NCBI GenBank assembly: GCA_001577025.1
Contig: LSCF01000001.1
Span: 7,609-71,608 of the forward strand
DNA from: Fidelibacterota bacterium TCS55
GTDB taxonomy: Bacteria; Fidelibacterota; Marinisomatia; Marinisomatales; TCS55
Length of the DNA: 64,000 bases
Direction of reading: 5' to 3'
Below, in pieces: positions 29,036 through 38,811 of the stretch; the stretch's first letter is position 1; each line of letters opens with the position of its first letter. Under the pieces are notes generated by a model. The model ran no database searches and was not told the origin of the DNA. It worked only from the letters and a program-made list of their open reading frames with translations. The position numbers and the translations under genes were made by a program.

Positions 29036-32000
29036 CTAGAAGGAGACCTGAATACCTGTTTTAATTTCACGAGGAATACCGAACATATCAAATCCATGGT
29101 CATTCAACCAGTGATTCCGGTTGGCTAGATTGATTTTCCGATACATCTCCACATATTCAGGACCACGACCTTCGATAATCAAAGAACTCAGCGCCGGGTC
29201 ACTTAAGAATCCATCATCATAAGGATCACCAGTACGGTTATACACGTTGATAATGTGTTGTGTATTCAGCACATTTTCGATGGTTATCCATGCTTTAATA
29301 TTGGTTGGACCGACTCTAAACGTCTTGTCAACAGATAGATCCAAATTAAAGTATGAAGGTGTTACCGATGAGTTAATCGGTTCTATTGGTGCACGGTTAC
29401 GTGGGTCATTATCAGAGAGCAATGCACCTTCACCTGCGTCACGCTGCCCCATAGAGCCGTCTGACAAGGTGTAAGGGTGACCACTGTTTATTGAAGCGAT
29501 CAGGTTGGCACCTAAATTATCCGTTAACACATTGCCAGTTCTGCCGGTTCTGTAATCCAGAATAGCACTGGCTTGATGGCGCTGATCGTAACGCGTGGGT
29601 GCAATTGTGGTGGGCTTACCCCAGCCAGATGTACCCAGACCAGGATAAGAGTTCAAACCTCTTGTATCCTGGAATACGTAGTTTGCAAATAACTGGACGT
29701 TCTTTACGCGAGCCGTTTTAAAATCAACTTCGACACCTGTTACGTTTGAAAAATCTGAATTGACCCAAATACCATGGTTTCTCATCTGGAAGTAGTTCAT
29801 CCCAGGAGAACTGTCTGGTGTATACTCATCTTCGCCGATCTGATCCTGTGGATTCCGGGTAAATACAGTCACGTCAAGTGATGCAACATCACCAATCAAT
29901 GTACCATAACCAATTTCAAACTTGGTTTCTCTTACAGGTTTTAAACCCCAAGAGGAGCGGCCTGAACCGCGGCTGCGGTACAATTGGCTCATAGGTGCCA
30001 TTTGAACATATTTACCATAGTTCAAGTGGAATGTTGAGCGATCAGAAATGGGGAAACCTAAACCGATACGGGGCATGAGATAGCTCTGTGTAGGCATATC
30101 TTTGAATCCATAATCAGCATGGTCTGCCGCAACGATGGTTGCGTTTTTATCCAATGGTGGATTGTCATAATCTTTCAGGTCTTTATTGGCCTGGTTGATG
30201 GCTTCATAGCGAATACCTACATTTACAATCAGGTCACCAGCTTCGAATTTATCATTTACATAAAATGACATATTCCATGGTTCACGCGGTTTATCATATT
30301 CATTTTTTTGTGCTGAGGAAGCATCCCACTCTCTACCCAGTGGATCATAGCCCTGCCAGCTAGAAAGACGGGCAGTTACAATCTCCGTCAAGATACGATC
30401 AGTTTCACCATTTACATCATCTACTAAAGTGGGATCCTGCCCAATTTTGGAGTTCAGAGAGTTGACACCCCAATAACTATAGCGTTTGTAGTTCCATTTT
30501 GTGTAATCCGCGCCAATCTTTAACTCATGTTCACCCATTTGGCTTACAAACTCTGCATCAAAACCGATGTACCCATCCTCGCCTTTACTGTATCCACCAC
30601 GACGGGCACCATCTCTAGAAAATCTGAACCCATTGATGTTGTAGCTGGTAGGCTCATTATACTGGTACCCAGCAGCCCAGGGGTCTTGCCCTGGTGTGCC
30701 GAAATGGCCAGCCCAATTTGAATCTACATTGGCCACTTCATCGCGATTGCCCCATTTGAGCCAATCTTGAAGTTTGCTATTATGTCCTGTTTTAAAAATA
30801 CCTGCTTCTTTAAACGCTTTATCATAGCTTTCATACTTCCGGCCCATGGTACGCACATTGGCACGAACATAGGTGCTGGCATTTAAGAAATAGGTGGCTT
30901 TCAAATTGATCAGATGGCTTTGGCCGGCACTTTCATGACGGCGAGTGTTGAACATATTTGAAATGGGCTTCCCTGCACCAGAGTTTGTATAAGAACTATA
31001 AGTACCTGCCAAGCGCAAGATTATGGGGTTCATATCCCACTGAAGGGTTCCATTAAAACTCAATTCATCCGAAAGGTTGTCAAAGGCATATCCTTTGTTG
31101 CTGCCGCGGAGTGGGCCATCAGCTTCTGCATCATAAGCACCATCATGGTCCACATCACGGAACACATAGCTACCGTTTACATGGTCTAGCACCATCATAT
31201 CGCCAGATGGGGTTAGGCCACCGATTTTATCTTCTATAGGGTTGCCTTCGCCAATAGTAAACGGGGTAAACCATCTGCTTGTGGAGCTATAATTATCTGT
31301 AGATGTTTGTCTCAGTGCGCCAAAGAAACGAATATTGTTGCCAATGGGCCCTTGGAGCGTTAGAGTCATATCTTTATCGCCTGTGGCTGCCCAGGGATCT
31401 CCGCTCTGCATACCTTCTGTGAGAATACTTCCAGAGAGCCGGCTACCACCAGTCTTTAGAGATTGTTGAACCATCCCAGCGTTGGCTTTACCAATACTGG
31501 CATCAAAGCCACCCACCTGAACGGCAATGGCTTCCAGCGCTTCTGGAATGGCGTTTGAAACAACCTTCCCACTGGCACCTGACATGGATGCACCTTCAAG
31601 CGTATAGCCAATTTCTTCACTACGGCTACCGCGAATGTGCAGACCGTCATGCATTTTGATTACACCAGCTTGACTGGCTACCATGTTTGTGACATTACGC
31701 ACAGCGTAATTCTCAATGGCTTCTGAGTCAATGGTTCTGGCGACGTTTGTTTGCGTAACCTCAATCAAAGGCTTTTCAGCGGTTACTTCCACTGTTTCAC
31801 CTTCAACTGCAGCTACTTCTAATTCAAAGTCTTGTACAGTTGTCAAACCGATGGTTACACGTACGTTTGAAATAATTTGGGATTTGTACCCAATATAGTT
31901 CACACGCAACGTATAGATACCCGGCTGGACATCAAAAATGTAATATACCCCTGATTCGTCTGTTGCCGCACCACTTGAAGTTCCTTCAAGGATGACGTTA

Positions 32001-32119
32001 GCACCAACCAATGGCTGGCCATCAGACGTAACAGTACCACTAATTTTACCGGTAAGGTTCTGAGCGAACAGACCTGCGGTCATCAAAGCGGCTAAGAATA
32101 AGATTGTAAGTTTTTTCAT
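29036..32119 (-). CDS. TonB-dependent receptor with an N-terminal carboxypeptidase-regulatory-like domain
   Basis: I chose the start at MKKLTILFLAALMTAGLFAQ, with GGAG upstream. GKISGTVTSDGQPLVGANVILEG (CarbopepD_reg), TonB-box-like ETVEVTAEKP, plug (LHIRGSRSEEIGYTLEG) and a large barrel ending ...IQVSF. Confidence 0.85.
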   Translation of the reverse strand: MKKLTILFLAALMTAGLFAQNLTGKISGTVTSDGQPLVGANVILEGTSSGAATDESGVYYIFDVQPGIYTLRVNYIGYKSQIISNVRVTIGLTTVQDFELEVAAVEGETVEVTAEKPLIEVTQTNVARTIDSEAIENYAVRNVTNMVASQAGVIKMHDGLHIRGSRSEEIGYTLEGASMSGASGKVVSNAIPEALEAIAVQVGGFDASIGKANAGMVQQSLKTGGSRLSGSILTEGMQSGDPWAATGDKDMTLTLQGPIGNNIRFFGALRQTSTDNYSSTSRWFTPFTIGEGNPIEDKIGGLTPSGDMMVLDHVNGSYVFRDVDHDGAYDAEADGPLRGSNKGYAFDNLSDELSFNGTLQWDMNPIILRLAGTYSSYTNSGAGKPISNMFNTRRHESAGQSHLINLKATYFLNASTYVRANVRTMGRKYESYDKAFKEAGIFKTGHNSKLQDWLKWGNRDEVANVDSNWAGHFGTPGQDPWAAGYQYNEPTSYNINGFRFSRDGARRGGYSKGEDGYIGFDAEFVSQMGEHELKIGADYTKWNYKRYSYWGVNSLNSKIGQDPTLVDDVNGETDRILTEIVTARLSSWQGYDPLGREWDASSAQKNEYDKPREPWNMSFYVNDKFEAGDLIVNVGIRYEAINQANKDLKDYDNPPLDKNATIVAADHADYGFKDMPTQSYLMPRIGLGFPISDRSTFHLNYGKYVQMAPMSQLYRSRGSGRSSWGLKPVRETKFEIGYGTLIGDVASLDVTVFTRNPQDQIGEDEYTPDSSPGMNYFQMRNHGIWVNSDFSNVTGVEVDFKTARVKNVQLFANYVFQDTRGLNSYPGLGTSGWGKPTTIAPTRYDQRHQASAILDYRTGRTGNVLTDNLGANLIASINSGHPYTLSDGSMGQRDAGEGALLSDNDPRNRAPIEPINSSVTPSYFNLDLSVDKTFRVGPTNIKAWITIENVLNTQHIINVYNRTGDPYDDGFLSDPALSSLIIEGRGPEYVEMYRKINLANRNHWLNDHGFDMFGIPREIKTGIQVSF

Positions 32120-32494
32120 TACACTACTCCACTTATTGTTACTATTTAGTTTTATAAAATCTTTGAGGGCGCTCAAATACGTACAAATGACGTAGCGATA
32201 CACCTCTATCACTCTTACCTCTGACCCCAAAAACTAAGCTTTTTTATTAAAGTATAACAAACTTTTTTTAATTTTTTATTATTATAGATATTGGCTCAAC
32301 AAAACGGTGATTTATACTCGGTGGTGACCGCTACTATTTTCAATTATTCTTTCGCTAATTAATATTCTGGCGAACCTCAAATACAAAAATCCATAGATTG
32401 AATCCGTAAATGAAAATGAGGTCTGAAATCGGCTTTACGAGGGATAGATGTATTTTTTCGGCTGAAAAGAGGTCACTCAAATCCGGATGGCTCG

Positions 32495-33217
32495 CTAGCC
32501 TCCAAATAACGAAAATAGCATCCACATGGTCATTAGGAGCATAATACTGTTTTCAATCAATGTGGCTTTGGTCATGGGCAATTGCAATGCGGTCCCCAAA
32601 CAGGCACATTGAATTTGGGACTTGATGAATAAAGCCCGAACCACACCAACGGTAGTGGCGCCTAGAATTATTAGAGTGATAATCAGAGACGGGAATAGTG
32701 CAATCCGCAAAAGAAATGCCAGCCCCAGAGCCGTTTCAATAAAAGGGTACACCCACCCATAAGCAGGAACTGCTTTTGCAATAGGGTCGTACATGGCAAA
32801 TGTTTGGGGGAAGTTTTTGTAATCCAAAAATTTGAAAAAGCTAAATACAATATAGAATAGCCCCATAAAGTCGTACATGAATCCGGCTACTGTAATTTCC
32901 GATCGATTCATGAGCAATGTAGCTACGATGATATAAAAGAAAATGAGAAACAGCGGGAACAGCTGTTTTAAATCGGTTGATGGTGATGCTTCTAAGTCGA
33001 GTTCAGGCAGCGCTTCTGATAATTGTAGCGCTGCTTCATATCCCGTTTTTGAAACAGCATCAATAAGTAACTCTGCCTCTGCCTCTCCCTTTATCACTGC
33101 CGTTTCATTTGAAAGGCTTACCTTAACGGATACAACGCCGGGCACTTGGGATAAAGCCCGTTCAATGGTAGAGACGCATCCAGCGCAGTGCATCCCCTCG
33201 ATGGATAGCTCAACCAT
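32495..33217 (-). CDS. Heavy-metal-associated (HMA) domain fused to a MauE-like 4-5 TM membrane domain
   Basis: N-terminal GMHCAGCVSTIERAL ferredoxin-like HMA domain. The C-terminal polytopic domain carries a CACLG motif reminiscent of the MauE-type CxCxG motif. Confidence 0.7.
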   Translation of the reverse strand: MVELSIEGMHCAGCVSTIERALSQVPGVVSVKVSLSNETAVIKGEAEAELLIDAVSKTGYEAALQLSEALPELDLEASPSTDLKQLFPLFLIFFYIIVATLLMNRSEITVAGFMYDFMGLFYIVFSFFKFLDYKNFPQTFAMYDPIAKAVPAYGWVYPFIETALGLAFLLRIALFPSLIITLIILGATTVGVVRALFIKSQIQCACLGTALQLPMTKATLIENSIMLLMTMWMLFSLFGG

Positions 33218-33220
33218 ACC

Positions 33221-33718
33221 TTATTTTAAAAGGGCCACCCCATCTCCAGGTTTCATTATGCCCGGCGTCAACACGCGGGCATACCAACCGCGACGATTCA
33301 TGAGTGTTTTTATGAATTCCGGCCCACGATCTTCCCCCACATATGGCAGTGCATATAAATTGGAACAAGGGTCACAAATAAATGAAATTTCGAGGGTGAC
33401 ATCGCCTATCTTGTATTGCTGTCCTGGTTCGATGGATCCATAATCCATGCCGGAAAGGGTCAAGTTTTCACCTAAGTCTCCTGGCTGTACGGGCCACCCC
33501 TCCTGATTCAATTCAAACAGAATATCCGTGGATATAATCATAATCGCCATATCTGGATCATTATCCTTTTTCTTTTTGCGAAATCGATTATAATCCCCAT
33601 CAATGCCAGAAAAAGTCACATTGGCTGTATTAATCGGCATTTTAGGGAGACCTACCTCCCCCTGTATATCCGGTTTTACATTAATCTGTTGAACATGTGG
33701 TGCCATTATCTGTTTCAT
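33221..33718 (-). CDS. MOSC domain-containing protein
   Basis: 165 aa. GDLGENLTLSG and the conserved Cys region ISFICDPCSNL. Lies 3 nt upstream of the HMA-MauE gene. Confidence 0.7.
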   Translation of the reverse strand: MKQIMAPHVQQINVKPDIQGEVGLPKMPINTANVTFSGIDGDYNRFRKKKKDNDPDMAIMIISTDILFELNQEGWPVQPGDLGENLTLSGMDYGSIEPGQQYKIGDVTLEISFICDPCSNLYALPYVGEDRGPEFIKTLMNRRGWYARVLTPGIMKPGDGVALLK

Positions 33719-33846
33719 TCCTTATTACAATTTAGGTGTATTTACGCATAGGTCTACAAATTATCCATGTTTGAATCGAGTGACAGTTTTAACTTTATCC
33801 ACTTTTTTAGTCATATTTCGGAAAAAATCAAATGAGGGGGAAGATC

Positions 33847-36396
33847 ATGAAACCATTATTATTTTGCCTTTTAGTTTCAATAGGCTGGGCAGAACAAACC
33901 ATTGATTTGCCCATGAAGATTAGGGGCGTTCGTTATAATTCATCCATTTCAAAACCAGAAGATATCCTGGGTCATAAGGTGGGCACACGACATACCCGCA
34001 CCGATCAAGTAGTAGACTATTTTGAAGCCTTGGCATCTCAAAGCAACCGTATCATTTTGAATGATCATGCTGTTACTCACGAAGGGCGACGACTCATCCA
34101 TGCTATTGTCACCCATCCTGATAACCATAAAAATCTGGAAGCGATTCGACAGGCCAACTTGTCATTGTCTGATCATCCGAATAAAGTGAAGGATCTTCAA
34201 TTAAATGATATGCCCATGGTGGCTTATCTCGGATTTTCTATTCATGGTGATGAAGCCAGTGGCACAGAAGCCAGTCTGCTTTTGCTCTATCACTTGGCAG
34301 CAGGTATGGGAAATGAAATTGACGAAATTTTAAAGCATACAGTCCTCATTGTGGACCCCATGTTTAACCCTGATGGACGAGATCGTTTCGTGAATTGGGT
34401 AAATGGGAATCGTGGATTGATTGCCACATCAGATATACAGGATCGTGAACATAACCAGCCCTGGCCAAGGGGTAGAACCAATCATTATTTATTTGATATG
34501 AATCGGGATTGGATGCCCGTGACCCAGCCCGAATCCAATGGTCGGATTAAACTCTTTCACCACTGGCGACCACAATTCTTATTGGATGCACATGAAATGG
34601 GAAGCAATGCTACATTCTTCTTCCAGCCGGGTATCCCCAGCCGCAATAACCCAAACACCCCTCAAGGCACCATTGATTTGGCTAATAAACTAGCCCCCTA
34701 TCATGCTAAACGATTAGACAGCATTCAGTCCATGTATTATTCCCAACAGTCCTACGATGACTTTTATTATGGAAAAGGATCTACCTTTGGGGACATCCAT
34801 GGATCTGTAGGTATTTTGTTTGAGCAGGCATCCTCAAGATCTCTTGAGACCGAAACCAACCAGGGGCGGCTGACTTATGCATTTTCTGTCCGGAATCAAT
34901 TTATAACCACCTTAGGGACCTTGGACGGTCTGGTGGCTCTTCGGACAGACTTTTTAAAGTATCATCGGGATTTTTATGCCACGGCTCCGGATGCGGCCAG
35001 AAAAAATTCAGTGAAAGGATATTTAATCAGCTTAAAACAAAACAGAACACGGGCGCAAATGCTGATTCAAAATCTTCAGAAACACCGCATCCGTGCCCAT
35101 GGACTCAAAAAATCAATGACAATAAACCAGGTTAAATATCAACCGGGCGAAGCGGTTATCATTCCGTCAAATCAACCCCAAACCCGTTTTCTAAAAGGGG
35201 TGATGGAGCGCGTCACGACCTTTGAGGATTCTCTCTTTTATGATGTATCTGCATGGACCCTGCCCCTGGCATACGGTGTGGACTCCCACGAGCTAAAGCA
35301 AGTGCCTAAATCCTATATGGGCCCTGCTCTGCCCTATATGGAATTGGATGGCGGCCATGTCATCGGCGGTAAGGCAACAGCGGCATATCTTATGACATGG
35401 GATAGATATTATGCTCCAAAGAGCCTTTATAGTATTATGGATGCGGGGATTCGTCCCAGACTTACCACCGCGCCATTTTCTGCAACTGTAGGTGGAAAAG
35501 CTATGCAGTTTGATAGGGGCACCATTGTGATTCCTATGATACAACGTGATGCAGATGCCACCATTTCTCAAGATGAAATACATACCATGATGGCAGACTT
35601 GGCCAAAACCGATCATGTGCGCATTTTTGCAACCCAATCGGCAACCACACCTTCAGGCCCTGATCTAGGCGGTGCCTATCAAGGAGTGCTCCAAAAACCG
35701 AAAATAGCCATTTTGGCCGGTGATGGCACTTCATCCTATGGTGTGGGAGAAATTTGGCATTTGCTCAATTTTAGGATGCATATGCCTGCATCCCTACTGA
35801 ATGCAGATAATTTTACAGCATCCAAATTGGCGAAATACAATACCATTATTGTGCCCGATGGCTCCTATTCAAAATTGGATTCTTTAGAAATTAAAATCTT
35901 GAAAAAATGGATTTCTAATGGCGGTACGTTGATTTCAACCCAAACGGGATCCAGATGGGTGGTTTCCAAAAAAATCGTGGCCGAAAAAATGAAAAAGGCA
36001 AAAAAGGATACCTTAGATATCCCCTACGATCAAGTATCTATGGTCACGGGCGCCCAGCGGATTGGTGGTGCCATTTTTGAAGTAAGCATTGACAACACTC
36101 ATCCCATTGCTTATGGTTATAAACAAAAAGCTCCCATGTTCAGGCGGGGCGATGCTTTTATTGAATTATCTACATCCACAGGAGCCAATGTAGCGCGGTA
36201 TACAAAATCTCCTCTTTTGAGTGGTTATATTTCAGAAGAGAAGTTGGCAGAAATTAAAAATTCAGCTTCAATCATCGCCCGACGTCAGGGCCGTGGCCAT
36301 GTGGTTTTATTTGCTGACAATCCTGCTTTCCGCGCATTTTGGTACGGGTCGAATGGGTTGCTATTAAATGCTGTTCTTTTTGGTCGAGTATTCTAA
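33847..36396 (+). CDS. M14-family zinc carboxypeptidase, long form (~850 aa), secreted
   Basis: Signal MKPLLFCLLVSIGWA. Zinc and catalytic motifs IHGDEASGTE, NPDGRD and DAHEMG. Long C-terminal extension. Paralogue of 59855..62467. Confidence 0.85.
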   Translation: MKPLLFCLLVSIGWAEQTIDLPMKIRGVRYNSSISKPEDILGHKVGTRHTRTDQVVDYFEALASQSNRIILNDHAVTHEGRRLIHAIVTHPDNHKNLEAIRQANLSLSDHPNKVKDLQLNDMPMVAYLGFSIHGDEASGTEASLLLLYHLAAGMGNEIDEILKHTVLIVDPMFNPDGRDRFVNWVNGNRGLIATSDIQDREHNQPWPRGRTNHYLFDMNRDWMPVTQPESNGRIKLFHHWRPQFLLDAHEMGSNATFFFQPGIPSRNNPNTPQGTIDLANKLAPYHAKRLDSIQSMYYSQQSYDDFYYGKGSTFGDIHGSVGILFEQASSRSLETETNQGRLTYAFSVRNQFITTLGTLDGLVALRTDFLKYHRDFYATAPDAARKNSVKGYLISLKQNRTRAQMLIQNLQKHRIRAHGLKKSMTINQVKYQPGEAVIIPSNQPQTRFLKGVMERVTTFEDSLFYDVSAWTLPLAYGVDSHELKQVPKSYMGPALPYMELDGGHVIGGKATAAYLMTWDRYYAPKSLYSIMDAGIRPRLTTAPFSATVGGKAMQFDRGTIVIPMIQRDADATISQDEIHTMMADLAKTDHVRIFATQSATTPSGPDLGGAYQGVLQKPKIAILAGDGTSSYGVGEIWHLLNFRMHMPASLLNADNFTASKLAKYNTIIVPDGSYSKLDSLEIKILKKWISNGGTLISTQTGSRWVVSKKIVAEKMKKAKKDTLDIPYDQVSMVTGAQRIGGAIFEVSIDNTHPIAYGYKQKAPMFRRGDAFIELSTSTGANVARYTKSPLLSGYISEEKLAEIKNSASIIARRQGRGHVVLFADNPAFRAFWYGSNGLLLNAVLFGRVF

Positions 36397-36420
36397 GGTA
36401 AACACCTTTATAGACAACGA

Positions 36421-36468
36421 AAAAGCCCCGCTATCTGCCATAATGAAATGTGGATAGCGGGGCTTTTT
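36421..36468. terminator. Bidirectional hairpin terminator
   Basis: Perfect 15-bp inverted repeat aaaagccccgctatc / gatagcggggctttt with an 18-nt loop, between convergent genes. Confidence 0.75.
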
Positions 36469-36488
36469 AATGATTTAAAATTGTGGTT

Positions 36489-36965
36489 TCAAAAACTTCG
36501 AATTCTATTTTCAAACTCAGTTTTCAATTCGTTTGAAAATGCTTTAATACGTTTTTTTGACTCTTCACTTGTTTGTATTTCAATCCATTCACTAGAACCC
36601 ACATATCGACCATATGAGCTAACAATAGATCGAATATTGTACATTTCACCACCACTACCCTTCATTCGAGCTTCTAATGTTAATCTATATCTTACTTCTT
36701 CAAATCCAGCTAATACTTCTTCATTAGAAAGGGCAGGATATTCAAATTTAGTCTCAATGATAGCTCCAGTACCTCTATTCTCAACACGATCGACAACAAA
36801 TCGATTACGATTTAATATTCGTGAAGACAAATTGGTAAAATCATCCATCGTAGCAGTTCCAACAGATAATCTATAATCTCTTACAGCATTTGACGATGCT
36901 CCTGCTCCACATCCTGAGAAAAATAGAGAAAAAAGGCTGATTAAGACTATTATTTTACTCTTCAT
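36489..36965 (-). CDS. Small lipoprotein of unknown function
   Basis: 158 aa. Lipobox LFFSGC, GGAGAA SD 8 nt upstream. Lies downstream of the SusD-like gene. Confidence 0.7.
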   Translation of the reverse strand: MKSKIIVLISLFSLFFSGCGAGASSNAVRDYRLSVGTATMDDFTNLSSRILNRNRFVVDRVENRGTGAIIETKFEYPALSNEEVLAGFEEVRYRLTLEARMKGSGGEMYNIRSIVSSYGRYVGSSEWIEIQTSEESKKRIKAFSNELKTEFENRIRSF

Positions 36966-36990
36966 ATAGTATTCTCCAGTTCTATAATTA

Positions 36991-37022
36991 AAGAAGGCTC
37001 TGTAATTACAGAGCCTTCTTTA
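36991..37022. terminator. Hairpin terminator after the SusD-like gene
   Basis: Perfect 14-bp inverted repeat aaagaaggctctgt / acagagccttcttt with a 4-nt loop. Confidence 0.75.
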
Positions 37023-37077
37023 TCATCATAAATATCTGTGTAAGAATTTTTAATCATTCATACACATGGTACACAAT

Positions 37078-38793
37078 TTAACGCAAATCTGCATCAATAA
37101 GCGGTGTAACCTTTTGGAATTCAATATCGAATCCTCTTACGCGGAATCCTTTATTGCTAATTCTTCCTGCAGTACCTGGTTTTCCAGCATCAGCTTGTCC
37201 ACCAAAAGTATAGTTTTCCATCAATAGAATCTCAAGTTCTTTACCAGGAATAGCTAAATGCGTCGGAGTACCTTTTACAAGATCACCCCAGCCGCGTCTA
37301 TTCATATAACCGGTGAAAGGATGAATTAAGGTATTCTCTATCATTGCTTCATATTTATACTGAGACCATAATGATGCTCCATCCAAAGCACTTGGCTGAT
37401 CTGTAGGGGCACCTTTGTTTGCATCAGTTGCTGCTGTTAAACCACCATTTCCAACTCTAGTTTTATTAATTAGAGTTGCAGCGGCGGCGGCAGTACCAAC
37501 GCGAAGTTCTGCTTCAGCTTGAAGCAAATCAAGCTCAGCTTGAAGTAAATCATGCATTGGGCCTTGTATTCCAGCATATACTGCGTAATCTCTATTTCTA
37601 TCCCATGTATAGTATGTTTGATGGTAGGTTCCTCTAGACGCAATCAGACGAGTACGATACTCATTTTTCGCATAACTTCCACGTGTTTGATCAAAGCTAT
37701 GAGCCCAGGTTGTGTCTCCAGCTTCAACGCTGAAATGCGCACACTGAGTACTAAGTAAATTACCAGCTTCATCTTTTAAACCAGACACTTTACCTTCGGC
37801 AATACGCTTATCATCAGTATAATTAACATACGCTTTTCTATCTGCTACATTATCTCCTAGCCAGTTTGTATATCCATCATCTGTAGCTGAGGGTCCGATA
37901 AGCTTGTAATCAGCGCGACCCCAACTAGCGGAAACACCACAGTAATACTGTGTGCGCGACCACCAGTAGACACCATCGCCTACAGGAGACATTGGCATAC
38001 CTTTGGACGCGTGAGATTTCACATCAGCCCAATTTACAGCACCACGCTCTTGCGCAGTACGAGCAACACCTGCTGTCCAACGAGCAATTAAGCCATGAGT
38101 AATCTTAGCTAGATCACCCATTGTAAGACCAGCGATTTGCATCCAGTTTTCAGGGATTGCTATACTAGCATTAGCTTCAGCATCTGAGATAACACCCTTA
38201 AGGGCAGTAATTGCGCTTGCCATATGTACATCGTAAGCTACTAGTTCAAGGGCTGTAAAGTCTGTTGACTCATCAACATAAAACCCTTTATCGTAATAAA
38301 CAGCTACCATTGCATTAGAAGCAGCCATAACAAACTTGGCAAAGATCTCTGCTCTTTTATCAGCACTTGCATCTGCAAGAAAGGTTTTACCACCTTCTTG
38401 ACCTACCTTCAATGAAGCCAAGCCATCTTTTGCAGCTGAGATAGCCCCGTACCAATAATACCAAGGCTCCTCTAAAGCATATGCATAGTTCCACGCAGGG
38501 CTGTTATTCGCAGCTTCGCGGGGTTCAGAAGACAGCTCTCTCATTCCATAGTTTCCCCATGATGAGGTATTGGCATCTGCCATTACACCAGGAAGAAAAG
38601 AACCGCCAGTTACATGTATACCTTGCCAAAAAGACAAGAATGTACTCCTGATCAAAGATTCAACATCTCCAGGCTCCGCAAGAGCACGACTTTGGTCTGG
38701 TGCATTGGTATTGCCGACATCAAGATCAGCACAACCATTCAACACAAGAATGGAAGCCATTGCAAGAGTCATTATTTTTTTTGTAATAGTCAT
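37078..38793 (-). CDS. SusD/RagB-family outer-membrane lipoprotein
   Basis: 571 aa. Lipobox LVLNGC. Sits 18 nt downstream of the SusC-like gene. Helical, aromatic-rich, with a SusD-like C-terminal IPGKELEILLMEN. The call rests mainly on position plus lipobox. Confidence 0.7.
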   Translation of the reverse strand: MTITKKIMTLAMASILVLNGCADLDVGNTNAPDQSRALAEPGDVESLIRSTFLSFWQGIHVTGGSFLPGVMADANTSSWGNYGMRELSSEPREAANNSPAWNYAYALEEPWYYWYGAISAAKDGLASLKVGQEGGKTFLADASADKRAEIFAKFVMAASNAMVAVYYDKGFYVDESTDFTALELVAYDVHMASAITALKGVISDAEANASIAIPENWMQIAGLTMGDLAKITHGLIARWTAGVARTAQERGAVNWADVKSHASKGMPMSPVGDGVYWWSRTQYYCGVSASWGRADYKLIGPSATDDGYTNWLGDNVADRKAYVNYTDDKRIAEGKVSGLKDEAGNLLSTQCAHFSVEAGDTTWAHSFDQTRGSYAKNEYRTRLIASRGTYHQTYYTWDRNRDYAVYAGIQGPMHDLLQAELDLLQAEAELRVGTAAAAATLINKTRVGNGGLTAATDANKGAPTDQPSALDGASLWSQYKYEAMIENTLIHPFTGYMNRRGWGDLVKGTPTHLAIPGKELEILLMENYTFGGQADAGKPGTAGRISNKGFRVRGFDIEFQKVTPLIDADLR

Positions 38794-38811
38794 ATTTATA
38801 TTCTCCTTACC

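Noticed and set aside
36448-36876. Plus-strand 142-aa ORF opposite the small lipoprotein gene.
   Set aside because: Its ATG sits in the loop of the terminator hairpin and it has no RBS. The minus-strand ORF has a GGAGAA SD and a clean lipobox (LFFSGC).
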